A stretch of 64,000 nt of DNA, taken from positions 13,542-77,541 of the forward strand of contig LBUA01000001.1 of assembly GCA_000992345.1 (NCBI GenBank), written 5' to 3'. Below are positions 19,937 to 30,116 of this stretch, in pieces (position 1 is the stretch's first letter; each line of letters opens with the position of its first letter). The translations under genes were made by a program, and so were the position numbers. This DNA comes from Parcubacteria group bacterium GW2011_GWD2_38_12 (GTDB lineage Bacteria; Patescibacteriota; Minisyncoccia; GWC2-36-17). The notes beneath the pieces were generated by a model that was given only the letters and a program-made list of their open reading frames with translations, was not told the DNA's origin and searched no databases.

Positions 19937-20944
19937 TTGTTTCTCAAAAAAATCGGAATAGATTTAGGCACGACAAATACTTTAGTTTTTATTCCCCACA
20001 AAGGGGTTGTTATCAATGAGCCGTCGGTGGTGGCGGTTTCTGTTATTGATAATTCTATTTTGGCTGTTGGCGTGGAAGCAAAAGAAATGGTTGGCCGCAC
20101 GCCTGAAACCATTGTAGCGCGCAGGCCGCTTAAAGACGGGGTAATAGCCGATTATAAAACTACCGAGGCAATGCTCAGATATTTTATAAATAAAGCTTTG
20201 GGGAGATTTCGATTTTTTAGGCCGGAAGTTATGGTTTCTGTTCCTGCGGGTATTACCTCTACGGAGAGAAGGGCAGTTATTGATGCGGCTATCCGTTCTG
20301 GCGCAAAAACTGCTTATCTCATTAAGGAGCCGGTGCTTGCCGCTATCGGAGCAGGTATTCCCATTAACGAAGCTATGGGCAATATGATTGTGAATATCGG
20401 GGGTGGCACAAGCGAAATAGCCGTTATATCGCTTGGCGGTATTGTTTCTTGCCATTCGATACGTGTGGCCGGGAATAAGCTCGACCAGTCTTTAGTTGAC
20501 TATATAAAGCGCAAGCATAATTTGGCTATTGGCGAAAGAACAGCAGAAGAAATAAAAATAACTATTGGTAGCGCTTTAGCTCAGAAAAAAGAAGAAGAGA
20601 TGGAAGTCAGGGGCCGAGATCTCATAACTGGTCTGCCCAAAACCATTAAAATAACTACAAATGAAACAGTAGAGGCTATGGCAGATCAATTAGAAGAAAT
20701 AATAAGAGCTATTAGGGGGGTTGTATCGCAAACTCCTCCGGAACTTTGCGCGGACATTATGGATAAGGGAATTGTTTTATCTGGTGGCACCGCTCTGCTT
20801 CGCAATCTTGATGAATTAATAATGAAATCTACAGGTGTTCCATCTTATGTCGCGCAAGATCCTTTGCTTTGTGTCGCAAAAGGTGCTGGCGTTACATTGG
20901 AGAATTTGGAAATTTATAAGAGATCAATAATGGCGAAAAAGTAA
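19937..20944 (+). CDS. mreB: Rod shape-determining actin homologue MreB (copy 1, intact)
   Basis: IGIDLGTTNTLVF phosphate-1 motif, GGGTSEIAVISLGG and LSGGTALLRNLD. Confidence 0.9.
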   Translation: MFLKKIGIDLGTTNTLVFIPHKGVVINEPSVVAVSVIDNSILAVGVEAKEMVGRTPETIVARRPLKDGVIADYKTTEAMLRYFINKALGRFRFFRPEVMVSVPAGITSTERRAVIDAAIRSGAKTAYLIKEPVLAAIGAGIPINEAMGNMIVNIGGGTSEIAVISLGGIVSCHSIRVAGNKLDQSLVDYIKRKHNLAIGERTAEEIKITIGSALAQKKEEEMEVRGRDLITGLPKTIKITTNETVEAMADQLEEIIRAIRGVVSQTPPELCADIMDKGIVLSGGTALLRNLDELIMKSTGVPSYVAQDPLLCVAKGAGVTLENLEIYKRSIMAKK

Positions 20945-20954
20945 GATTTTTGTC

Positions 20955-21075
20955 CAAATTTTAGAGCTGAAAGCGAATAAAATTTGGTTACAAAATCTTA
21001 CCCTGTTAAATTCCCGCGAAGCGGGGGCGCCGAAGGCGCATTTAACAGGGTGTGCTGGGCTTTGCGATTGTTTAA
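20955..21075 (+). repeat. Family-1 structured repeat element, copy 1 (shorter variant), directly upstream of the GT4 gene
   Basis: Shares about 50 nt of 5' extension with copy 2 (ttttagagc.gaaagc.aataaaattt) and the nested hairpin core cttaccctgttaaat-[ccccgcGAAGcggggg]-[cgccGAAggcg]-catttaacaggg. Confidence 0.7.
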
Positions 21076-21092
21076 ATTTATTTTTATAAAAT

Positions 21093-22199
21093 ATGATTAT
21101 TGGAATTCACAGTGTAGCTGCTTTTAAACCGCACAAAACCGGCGTTGAAAAATACGCTAAGAGATTAGTTGAGAATATGGCGATGCTTCCGGAAGCGAAG
21201 GAGCATCGTTTTATTTTGTATACAAATAAACAGAATCAATCTACTGTTACGGAAAGAATAAAGAATCAAGATTTGCCAGAAAATTTTTATTTGAAAATTT
21301 TGAAGTTTCCGTTTTTGTGGACGCAAATAAGACTAGCGGCGCATTTTATTTTTAAAAAACCCGATGCTTTTTTTGTTCCAGCTCATATTTTGCCGATAAT
21401 ATCGCATCCCAAAAACTCCACAGTGATGATTCACGACATTGCTTTTGAATTATTCCCCGAGGCGTATCCATTGTTTCATAGAAAATATTTGCGATTTACC
21501 ACAAAATACGCGCTAAAACACGCTGAAAAAATAATCGTGCCATCGGAAAGCACAAAGCAAGATATTTTGCGTTTTTATAAATGGGTGGACGAGAAAAAGA
21601 TTTTTGTTGTTTATCACGGAATGGAGTATAAACTGCTTGATTTAAAATTCTCCGAAGCACCACTCAATTTCCCCTATTTTCTTTATATCGGGAGATTAGA
21701 GTTTAAGAAAAATATTCTCGGAATTTTGCGGGCGTTTGATTTGTTTAAAGCGCAGTATAAATCTACGCACAAATTAGTGCTTGCCGGCGGTTTGGGTTTT
21801 GGCGGCGAGAAAATAAAAGAAATGGCGGCAAAACACAGATTTAAAAATGATATAATTTTAACAGGGTTTATTTCCGAAGAAAAAAAAGAAAATTTGTTTG
21901 TCTCTGCCGATATATTTTTGTTCCCATCTCTTTATGAGGGTTTTGGTTTTCCGATCTTGGAAGCGCAAGCTTTTGGCGTTCCAGTAATAACTTCATGTAT
22001 CTCTTCTATGCCTGAAGTATCCGGGGAGGGGGCTATTTTGGTTAATCCTCATAAGCCAGAAGAAATTAAAGATGCTATAATCAGGATTTTAATTGATGAA
22101 AGCTTGCGGAAAAATCTGATTGTAAAAGGCAGGGAAAATTTAAAAATATTTTCCTGGCAAAATTGCGCCCGAGAAACTTTAAGAATTATAACCGATTAA
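21093..22199 (+). CDS. Glycosyltransferase family 4 (GT-B, retaining)
   Basis: EX7E-type C-terminal motif region FPSLYEGFGFPILEAQAFGVPVITS. Confidence 0.8.
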   Translation: MIIGIHSVAAFKPHKTGVEKYAKRLVENMAMLPEAKEHRFILYTNKQNQSTVTERIKNQDLPENFYLKILKFPFLWTQIRLAAHFIFKKPDAFFVPAHILPIISHPKNSTVMIHDIAFELFPEAYPLFHRKYLRFTTKYALKHAEKIIVPSESTKQDILRFYKWVDEKKIFVVYHGMEYKLLDLKFSEAPLNFPYFLYIGRLEFKKNILGILRAFDLFKAQYKSTHKLVLAGGLGFGGEKIKEMAAKHRFKNDIILTGFISEEKKENLFVSADIFLFPSLYEGFGFPILEAQAFGVPVITSCISSMPEVSGEGAILVNPHKPEEIKDAIIRILIDESLRKNLIVKGRENLKIFSWQNCARETLRIITD

Positions 22200-22311
22200 A
22201 ATTAGATTAAGTTTAACCCCCCAGTTATTCAGTTATTGTTCCAATATTCTTAAGAATTTGAGAATGATAATTCTTTTATTAAAATTGTGGAATTTGGTAG
22301 AATGGCGGTAT

Positions 22312-22372
22312 AGATTGCTTCGTGCTTGATTGACCACAATCACCTACTGGGTCGGCAATGATAAAATGGTGT
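22312..22372. repeat. Family-2 repeat element, copy A; its inverted counterpart lies at 55393-55460
   Basis: agattgcttcgtgcttgattgaccacaatcacctactg equals the reverse complement of 55405-55444 with one mismatch. It contains the palindrome TGATTG-acca-CAATCA. Confidence 0.7.
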
Positions 22373-22402
22373 TTTGTAATTTAAGGGATTATTCTATATT
22401 CT

Positions 22403-23392
22403 ATGCCCATCGTTGGTCATAAAAAACAAATAAATTATTTGAACAATATCTTAAAAAATAAGGAGCAGATGCCCCATGCTTTTTTATTTGTCGGACCGGA
22501 TAAGATTGGTAAAAAAACAATCGCATTGGAATTTATAAGGTCCATTCAATGCGAGAAAAGCGAGGGACTGGGAAAGCATTGCAATGAATGCATGGCTTGC
22601 GATCAGCAGGATAGAGTGAGCGCGGATTTTTTACTGATAGAGCCGGATAGAACCGAGAAAGGGGATTTAAAAGAAATAGGAATTTCTAAGATAAGGTCTT
22701 TAATTGATTTTGCCGGCGATCGTCCCGTTTCAAACCCGTTTAAAATCGCAATTATTGATGAAGCTCATAATATGACTCAAGAGGCGCAGAATGCATTATT
22801 GAAAGTCCTTGAAGAGCCAAAGGGAGATAAAGTGATTTTTTTGGTAAGTTCCCGCGTGGAAAATTTTCTTGACACTATATTGTCGCGAGTTTATTCTATT
22901 AAATTTAATTTTGCCTCAGATGAAGAGATTTCCAAGGTATTAGATGCGATGCCATTAAAATATATCCAGAATTTGAAAGATATCCTCGGCATTGCTGGCT
23001 TGAGACCGGGCCTTGTTTATGATTTATCGCAAAAAGAAGAGTTGATAAAAAAATACGGAAAGATTATTGATGATTTTTTTGATTTTGCCAAAGCCGATCT
23101 GAATGATCGTTTTAACTATATAGAAAAATGCAATCAGCTAAAGGATTTTGACATTAGAAAATTGTTGGATAGTTGGATTATGATTTTGAGATTTGCACTC
23201 TTTCAAAAGTCGCAGATTTATGATTTAATTGATGATAGTAAAATGAAAAAGCGCCTGGCGGAATATAGTGAAAAAAGGACCATCAAAAACATTTCCGGCA
23301 GCTTGTGCTTGGCTCAGGAGATTTATTTCTTAGGCAAGTCAACTAATATAAATCAGCGTTTGGCGTTTGAAATGTTGGCACTTGCGTTATAA
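22403..23392 (+). CDS. holB: DNA polymerase III subunit delta' (clamp-loader AAA+ subunit)
   Basis: HAFLFVGPDKIGKKT Walker A-like, zinc module CNECMAC, IDEAHNMTQEAQNALLKVLEEP, and SRV sensor region. Confidence 0.8.
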   Translation: MPIVGHKKQINYLNNILKNKEQMPHAFLFVGPDKIGKKTIALEFIRSIQCEKSEGLGKHCNECMACDQQDRVSADFLLIEPDRTEKGDLKEIGISKIRSLIDFAGDRPVSNPFKIAIIDEAHNMTQEAQNALLKVLEEPKGDKVIFLVSSRVENFLDTILSRVYSIKFNFASDEEISKVLDAMPLKYIQNLKDILGIAGLRPGLVYDLSQKEELIKKYGKIIDDFFDFAKADLNDRFNYIEKCNQLKDFDIRKLLDSWIMILRFALFQKSQIYDLIDDSKMKKRLAEYSEKRTIKNISGSLCLAQEIYFLGKSTNINQRLAFEMLALAL

Positions 23393-23435
23393 TAATACGG
23401 AACATTTAACAATTTAACATCCGACATTTAACTAA

Positions 23436-24587
23436 TTGCGAGTTGACACTTTTATTTTTGTCAATCGTCAATCGTCAATTGTCAATCGTTTTTTGAAAGT
23501 AGCAATTTCATTAATTATTATTTTTCTTATTTTAGGCGCTATTTTGTTTTTTGCAGTTCCTTTTTTGTTGCAAAATATTTCTTTTCCCGGATTTTCGTCT
23601 AGTGGCTCAGGCATTGCCGGAATTTTCAAGACCATTGATGGGGGCGATTTTTGGTTTTCAAAAAATAATATTGAATCTTCAAAGTCAACGATTGGATCCG
23701 CAAATATTTTGGATTTAGTTCTTGACCCTTTTGATAATAATATTATGTATGCGGGTACTAATGGCGCCGGGATTCTTAAAAGCATAAATAATGGCGAGAG
23801 CTGGAAACGATTAGTTGATGACAATAACTTATTGGCATCTAGCGCGGTTATCAATCAAATTGCGATTAACCCTCGTGACCCCGCTCATATTTTTATTGCC
23901 GCTTTTCAGGGAGGCAGTGGCGGCATTTTTAAAACAGAAGATGCGGGACGTAGTTGGAAGCAGCTTTACATCGTTCCGTTGGCGAAACAAGACATTAAGA
24001 CGTTGGTGATTGATCCTTTAAATCCTAATTTTCTTTATGCTGGCACTACGGCTGGAGGGTTTTTGGTCAGTTCTGACGGGGGGGAGTCATGGAGAGCGCT
24101 TAAATGGTTTTTCGACCCGATAAAGAAGATTGTAATAAATCCGTTTTCATCGGCAGAGCTTTTTTTGGTTCTTGAAAACAGGGGGTTTTATAAGACGGCC
24201 GATAGGGGAGAGAACTGGAAAGATTTAACCCATACTTTTTCTGGCTATCCGTCGGCTATTAGAGTAGAGAATATTGTTTTAGATCCTCAAAGACCCAACG
24301 TTTTGTATATGACTTCCATGTATGGATTATTGAAATCTACTGATGGCGGAAATAGCTGGAGGTCGCTTAAAATTTTAGTGTCGCCCGAGACTCTGCCCGT
24401 GCAAGACATCGCAATTGATAGAAATAATTATAAGATGATTTATATAAGTGCAGGATCTAAGATTTATATTTCTAATGATGAGGGAGAGAATTGGACTGTA
24501 AAAAGTTTAAATACCGGAAAAAACGCGAAGCTAATTAGGATAGATTATAAAAATCCAAAAGTAATTTTTGTGGGGATACATAAATAA
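23436..24587 (+). CDS. Membrane-anchored BNR/Asp-box repeat beta-propeller protein (Ycf48/sortilin-like). Start codon uncertain (TTG).
   Basis: N-terminal TM helix, then six or more S-x-D-x-G-x-(S/T)-W Asp-box repeats (NNGESW, DAGRSW, DGGESW, DRGENW, DGGNSW, DEGENW). Confidence 0.7.
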   Translation: MRVDTFIFVNRQSSIVNRFLKVAISLIIIFLILGAILFFAVPFLLQNISFPGFSSSGSGIAGIFKTIDGGDFWFSKNNIESSKSTIGSANILDLVLDPFDNNIMYAGTNGAGILKSINNGESWKRLVDDNNLLASSAVINQIAINPRDPAHIFIAAFQGGSGGIFKTEDAGRSWKQLYIVPLAKQDIKTLVIDPLNPNFLYAGTTAGGFLVSSDGGESWRALKWFFDPIKKIVINPFSSAELFLVLENRGFYKTADRGENWKDLTHTFSGYPSAIRVENIVLDPQRPNVLYMTSMYGLLKSTDGGNSWRSLKILVSPETLPVQDIAIDRNNYKMIYISAGSKIYISNDEGENWTVKSLNTGKNAKLIRIDYKNPKVIFVGIHK

Positions 24588-24665
24588 GCTTAGTAGACCG
24601 GAAGCCTAAAAACTGAAAAGTAAAATACTATTAAGCTATTCAGTTAGATTTTCACCTGAATTATA

Positions 24666-25220
24666 ATGCAAGAAATATTAAATAAATTTAAATCACAATT
24701 AGAAAAAACCCTTGATTTTTTTAAGAATGATATTGCCGTGCTTCGTGCGGGCAGGCCAACGCCGGCGCTTGTTGAGAATATTTTAATAGATGCTTATGGC
24801 CAGAAAATGCCACTTCAGCAACTTGCGGTTATCAGTGTTTCTCCGCCAAATTTAATATTAATAAATCCTTGGGATAAAAATGTTATTGAAGCGATAAGTA
24901 AAGCGATAATAAATTCGCAATTGGGGCTTGCGCCAATCGTAGAGCAGGATTTTATTCGTATAGCATTACCACAGATGACGCAGGAAAAAAGAGAACAATT
25001 GATAAAATTATTGCATGAAAAATCAGAGCATGCGAGAATTTCCGTTAGAAACGAGAGGGAAGACGCATCAAAACATTTACAAAGAATGGAAAAAGAGAAA
25101 ACAATTTCGGAGGATGAATGGTTTAAAGGCAAAGAGAATATACAGAAATCGGTGGATGAATATAATATCAAGATAAAGGAAACAACAGAGAAGAAGGAGG
25201 AGGAAATCCGAACTTTATAA
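24666..25220 (+). CDS. frr: Ribosome recycling factor
   Basis: Full-length RRF similarity (DIAVLRAGRPTPALVENI...). Confidence 0.95.
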   Translation: MQEILNKFKSQLEKTLDFFKNDIAVLRAGRPTPALVENILIDAYGQKMPLQQLAVISVSPPNLILINPWDKNVIEAISKAIINSQLGLAPIVEQDFIRIALPQMTQEKREQLIKLLHEKSEHARISVRNEREDASKHLQRMEKEKTISEDEWFKGKENIQKSVDEYNIKIKETTEKKEEEIRTL

Positions 25221-25316
25221 ATTAATTTTCAATTTCTAATTTTTATTAAATATCTAATGATTAAATTTCTAAAAAGTTTAAAAATTGATAATTAGAAATT
25301 TGATTTAATTTTACAA

Positions 25317-26399
25317 ATGCTCACTTTTATTATTTTTATATTAGTTCTTGGCGTTTTGGTGGTTGTCCATGAATTCGGGCATTTTTGGATTGCGCGTAGA
25401 AATGGTGTTCGCGTTGATGAGTTTGGTTTTGGTTTTCCGCCAAAACTTTTGGGCATTAAAAGAGGCGAGACATTATATTCTTTCAATGCCTTGCCACTTG
25501 GCGGATTTGTAAAAATTTTCGGAGAAGATATGGAAGAGGGGAAAGATGATCCGCGAAGTTTTGCGACTAAAAGCGTTGGAGCAAGATTTCGTATTATCGT
25601 TGCGGGAGTGGTGATGAATTTTATTTTAGCCGTTGTTTTATTTTCTTTCGGGTCTGCTATTGGTTTGCCCAGCGCCATAGACGGGTCTAACGAAAAATAT
25701 GCCCGTGATATCAGTGTGCAGATTATTGGTGTAGCAAAAAATTCGCCGGCGGAATTATCAGGGATTAAGATGGGGGATAAGATTTTGGAAGTTGGAGGTT
25801 GGAAGTTGGAAGTTGGAGACAGCCAAATTGAAAAAATTCAGAAAGTAATAAGCGAAAACAAGGGGCAAGAAATAATTATCACTGTTCAAAGAAAAGATGA
25901 AATTTTGAATATCAAAACAATTCCAAGGGTTGAAATTCCGAAAGACGAAGGGGCGTTAGGCATTGCGATGGCCAAAGTCGGTATAGTTGCCTATCCAGTT
26001 TACCTGGCGCCAATTAAGGGGGTGGAAGCGGCTTTTGGCGTCGGAATAAATTTTATTCACTCAGTCTATTCAATATTTAATATATGGATTACTGACGGAA
26101 GAATGATAGGAGACATTGCCGGCCCGGTGGGAATTTTCACTTTAACCGGACAAGCCGCGCGACTTGGATTTATTTATCTTCTGCAATTTGTCGCGATGCT
26201 TTCTGTTAATCTGGCGATTATTAACGCTGTTCCTTTTCCGGCGCTTGACGGAGGAAGATTATTATTTTTAGGGTTGGAAAAAATAAAGGGTTCGCCGATA
26301 AGCATTAAATGGGAAAAATACGCCCATATTATCGGTTTCGCGATTTTAATTTTATTGATCTTATTGATTACATATAAAGATGTAAGGAGAATGTTTTAG
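25317..26399 (+). CDS. rseP: RIP metalloprotease RseP (site-2 protease) with a PDZ domain; carries a GAAGTTG heptamer-derived insert
   Basis: HEFGHF zinc motif in TM1, a PDZ domain, and the C-terminal LDGG motif (NAVPFPALDGGR). Confidence 0.85.
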   Translation: MLTFIIFILVLGVLVVVHEFGHFWIARRNGVRVDEFGFGFPPKLLGIKRGETLYSFNALPLGGFVKIFGEDMEEGKDDPRSFATKSVGARFRIIVAGVVMNFILAVVLFSFGSAIGLPSAIDGSNEKYARDISVQIIGVAKNSPAELSGIKMGDKILEVGGWKLEVGDSQIEKIQKVISENKGQEIIITVQRKDEILNIKTIPRVEIPKDEGALGIAMAKVGIVAYPVYLAPIKGVEAAFGVGINFIHSVYSIFNIWITDGRMIGDIAGPVGIFTLTGQAARLGFIYLLQFVAMLSVNLAIINAVPFPALDGGRLLFLGLEKIKGSPISIKWEKYAHIIGFAILILLILLITYKDVRRMF

Positions 26400-26403
26400 G
26401 GAT

Positions 26404-27663
26404 ATGTTGCAATCCAAATATTTCATAAAAACTAAAAAAGAAGCGTCTAGCGATGAGGTATCGGTGAATGCCCAATTTTTAACCAGGGGCGGATTCATTG
26501 ATAAAGAAATGGCTGGAGTCTATAGTTTTTTACCACTTGGTCTCAGAGTTTTAAGAAAAATAGAAAATATTATTCGTGAAGAAATAAATGCTATTGGTGG
26601 TCAGGAATTATTGATGCCTGCATTGCAGCCAAGAGAATTATGGGAAGAAACTCAAAGATGGGAGGAGATGGATGTGCTTTATCGCTTTCAAGACCAGCAG
26701 AAAAAATGGCTGGCTTTGGGCCCGACTCACGAAGAGGTACTCACCGATATTATCAGAAAAAACATCAATTCTTATAAAGATTTGCCACTTTATCTTTTTC
26801 AAATACAGACAAAGTTTCGCGATGAGCTTCGCGCGAAAGCCGGATTGCTTCGGGGCAGAGAATTTTTAATGAAAGATTTGTATAGTTTTCATGAGAGTGA
26901 AGAAGACAGGAAAAATTATTATCAAAAAGCCATTAAAGCGTATAAGAAAATTTTTAAACGTTGCGGACTTGATGTTTTAGTGGCTGAGGCATCGGGTGGC
27001 GCATTTTCCAAGGAATTTTCTCATGAATTTCAAGTGCAGACTCCAAGCGGTGAAGATTTGGTAGTTTTTTGTCCCAATGGAGATTTTTCCAAAAATAAAG
27101 AAATCACGGATTTGAGGGAAGGGGCAAAATGTCCGAATTGCTTAGCTCATTTAATAGATGTCAAAACCATTGAGGTTGGCAATATTTTCACGCTTGGCAC
27201 AAAATTTTCCGAAGCAATGGGAGCTAATTTTTTAGATAAGAACGGGCAAAAAAAACCGATTGTGATGGGCTGTTATGGTATTGGCATTTCAAGAATTATG
27301 GGTGCAGTTGCGGAAGTAAATCATGATGAAAGAGGGATAATTTGGCCAGAAGAAATCGCGCCGTTTAAAACACATTTGATTTCTATAACGGCTAAAGATA
27401 AAAAAACCGATCAAAAAGTTAAAAATACCACAAAAAAGACTTATAAAGAACTACTTGATTTGGATATTGAAGTATTGTATGATGACCGCACTGAAATATC
27501 GGCAGGCGCTAAATTTGCTGATTCGGACCTATTGGGGATACCATTTAGGATAGTTATTAGCGAGAAGACATTAGCAAAAAATAGCGTGGAGATTAGAAAA
27601 AGAGGAGAGGAAAAGGCGAAATTAGTGAAAATTAAAGAAATTTTTAGAAAATTAAAAATTTAG
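26404..27663 (+). CDS. proS: Proline--tRNA ligase (compact form without the large editing insertion)
   Basis: Class II motifs, a ProRS-specific N-terminal region, the CPNCLAH zinc site and a C-terminal anticodon-binding domain. Confidence 0.88.
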   Translation: MLQSKYFIKTKKEASSDEVSVNAQFLTRGGFIDKEMAGVYSFLPLGLRVLRKIENIIREEINAIGGQELLMPALQPRELWEETQRWEEMDVLYRFQDQQKKWLALGPTHEEVLTDIIRKNINSYKDLPLYLFQIQTKFRDELRAKAGLLRGREFLMKDLYSFHESEEDRKNYYQKAIKAYKKIFKRCGLDVLVAEASGGAFSKEFSHEFQVQTPSGEDLVVFCPNGDFSKNKEITDLREGAKCPNCLAHLIDVKTIEVGNIFTLGTKFSEAMGANFLDKNGQKKPIVMGCYGIGISRIMGAVAEVNHDERGIIWPEEIAPFKTHLISITAKDKKTDQKVKNTTKKTYKELLDLDIEVLYDDRTEISAGAKFADSDLLGIPFRIVISEKTLAKNSVEIRKRGEEKAKLVKIKEIFRKLKI

Positions 27664-27674
27664 CTGAAAAGTAA

Positions 27675-28726
<1,052 letters not shown>

Positions 28727-28731
28727 TTTAA

Positions 28732-29565
28732 TTGGTTTTATCTTTAAACTATGCGCGGAATATGAGATTATTTAAGAATAAATTCTTTATTTTTTTGTTG
28801 TTCTTAATTTTCTCCTTCTTGATTATTTTCTTAAATTCCCGAAAGTTATTGGGATTTTCAAATAATTTTTTAAATGTATTTGTCTCTTCCGTTTCGAAGC
28901 CGGTTTGGTTGGTATCTGGAAGATTTTCCAGCCTTTTTTCTTTTATAGTTGATTTAAAAAATATTCGTTCGGAAGATTTCAATTTGAAAGATAAAAATCA
29001 AAGGTTACTCGCAGAGAATATTTATTTGAAAGATTTATTGAAAGAAAAAGAAATTCTGGATAAGGCAAGAGAATTTCATATTAAAGATAATTTTGATTGG
29101 CAGATTGGTCGTGTCATTGGTATGGATATTCAGAATTGGTCCGGATATGTAATTGTTGATATTGGTAGTGATGATGGCATAAAGATTGGTATGCCAGTTA
29201 TTACGCAAAATAAATTGTTAGTAGGGAAAGTTATTGAAGTAGAGAAGAAATTCTCCAAAATCTCCACATTACTTAATCCTTCGATTAAGGTAGCCACGAA
29301 AACTCAAGATAGTCAGGCATTTGGAATGTTGACGGGTGACTATACAAAGAGTTTATTAATGGATTTCATTGATAAGGACAAAGTTCTTTTATTGGGAGAG
29401 CCGGTTATGACTTCCGGTAAAGACGGATTCTTCCCGGCGGGTCTTGTAATAGGAGAATTGAAAAATTTTGAAATAAAGCCGGAAAATCTTTTTCAAACCG
29501 CAATAATACGGAGCGAATTGAATATTTATGATTTGGACAGAGTTTTGGTTTTAACGAAATTTTAA
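28732..29565 (+). CDS. mreC: Rod shape-determining protein MreC
   Basis: N-terminal TM helix, coiled coil, then an MreC beta-domain (GMPVITQNKLLVGKVIEV...GEPVMTSGKDGFFPAGLVIGEL). Confidence 0.8.
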   Translation: MVLSLNYARNMRLFKNKFFIFLLFLIFSFLIIFLNSRKLLGFSNNFLNVFVSSVSKPVWLVSGRFSSLFSFIVDLKNIRSEDFNLKDKNQRLLAENIYLKDLLKEKEILDKAREFHIKDNFDWQIGRVIGMDIQNWSGYVIVDIGSDDGIKIGMPVITQNKLLVGKVIEVEKKFSKISTLLNPSIKVATKTQDSQAFGMLTGDYTKSLLMDFIDKDKVLLLGEPVMTSGKDGFFPAGLVIGELKNFEIKPENLFQTAIIRSELNIYDLDRVLVLTKF

Positions 29566-29578
29566 CAATAACAAATAG

Positions 29579-30109
29579 ATGAAGTTTTTTTTCTTTTCTT
29601 TATTACTGTTTTTTTTGTTTATTTTGCAAATAAGTGTTTTACCGTTTTTATTAATTTTTGGAGTTCTGCCGAATCTATTGCTTGTAGCTTCGATTTTCTT
29701 TATATTTTATCCATTAGGCAGGGGATTAGATTATAGGGAATTGATGGCATTTTCTTTTGCGTCCGGATTTCTTATTGATACTTACTCTGGAATGCCTTTT
29801 GGGGTCGTCATGTTATCTTTTATTTTGACGGTAGCGTTAGTTCACTTTTTGGCTTATAATTTTTTGGAAAAAGCCAATTTTTTTATGGTTTGTATCGGCG
29901 TATTGATAGGTTCGATCGCTTACTCCATAATTTCCTTTGGCATTTTGAGATTATATATCGCGTTTAATTTAATATCTGATTTGGGATTTGATTATTCGGT
30001 ATTTTTCAAAGTAATGTTGATTTTCTCTGTATTAAATATTGGTGCTGTAATGGTGATGCATATACCGTTTAAAAAATTTGTGATATTTACTGATAAATTT
30101 AAGAGATGA
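29579..30109 (+). CDS. mreD: Rod shape-determining protein MreD (polytopic membrane protein)
   Basis: About 176 aa with 5 TM helices, positioned between mreC and PBP2. Confidence 0.6.
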   Translation: MKFFFFSLLLFFLFILQISVLPFLLIFGVLPNLLLVASIFFIFYPLGRGLDYRELMAFSFASGFLIDTYSGMPFGVVMLSFILTVALVHFLAYNFLEKANFFMVCIGVLIGSIAYSIISFGILRLYIAFNLISDLGFDYSVFFKVMLIFSVLNIGAVMVMHIPFKKFVIFTDKFKR

Positions 30110-30116
30110 TTTTCAT

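Noticed and set aside
26404-27663. Short ProRS (419 aa) as a truncated or pseudogenised gene
   Set aside because: All class II motifs, the zinc site and an anticodon-binding domain are present in a single frame. Compact ProRS lacking the editing insertion is a normal architecture.
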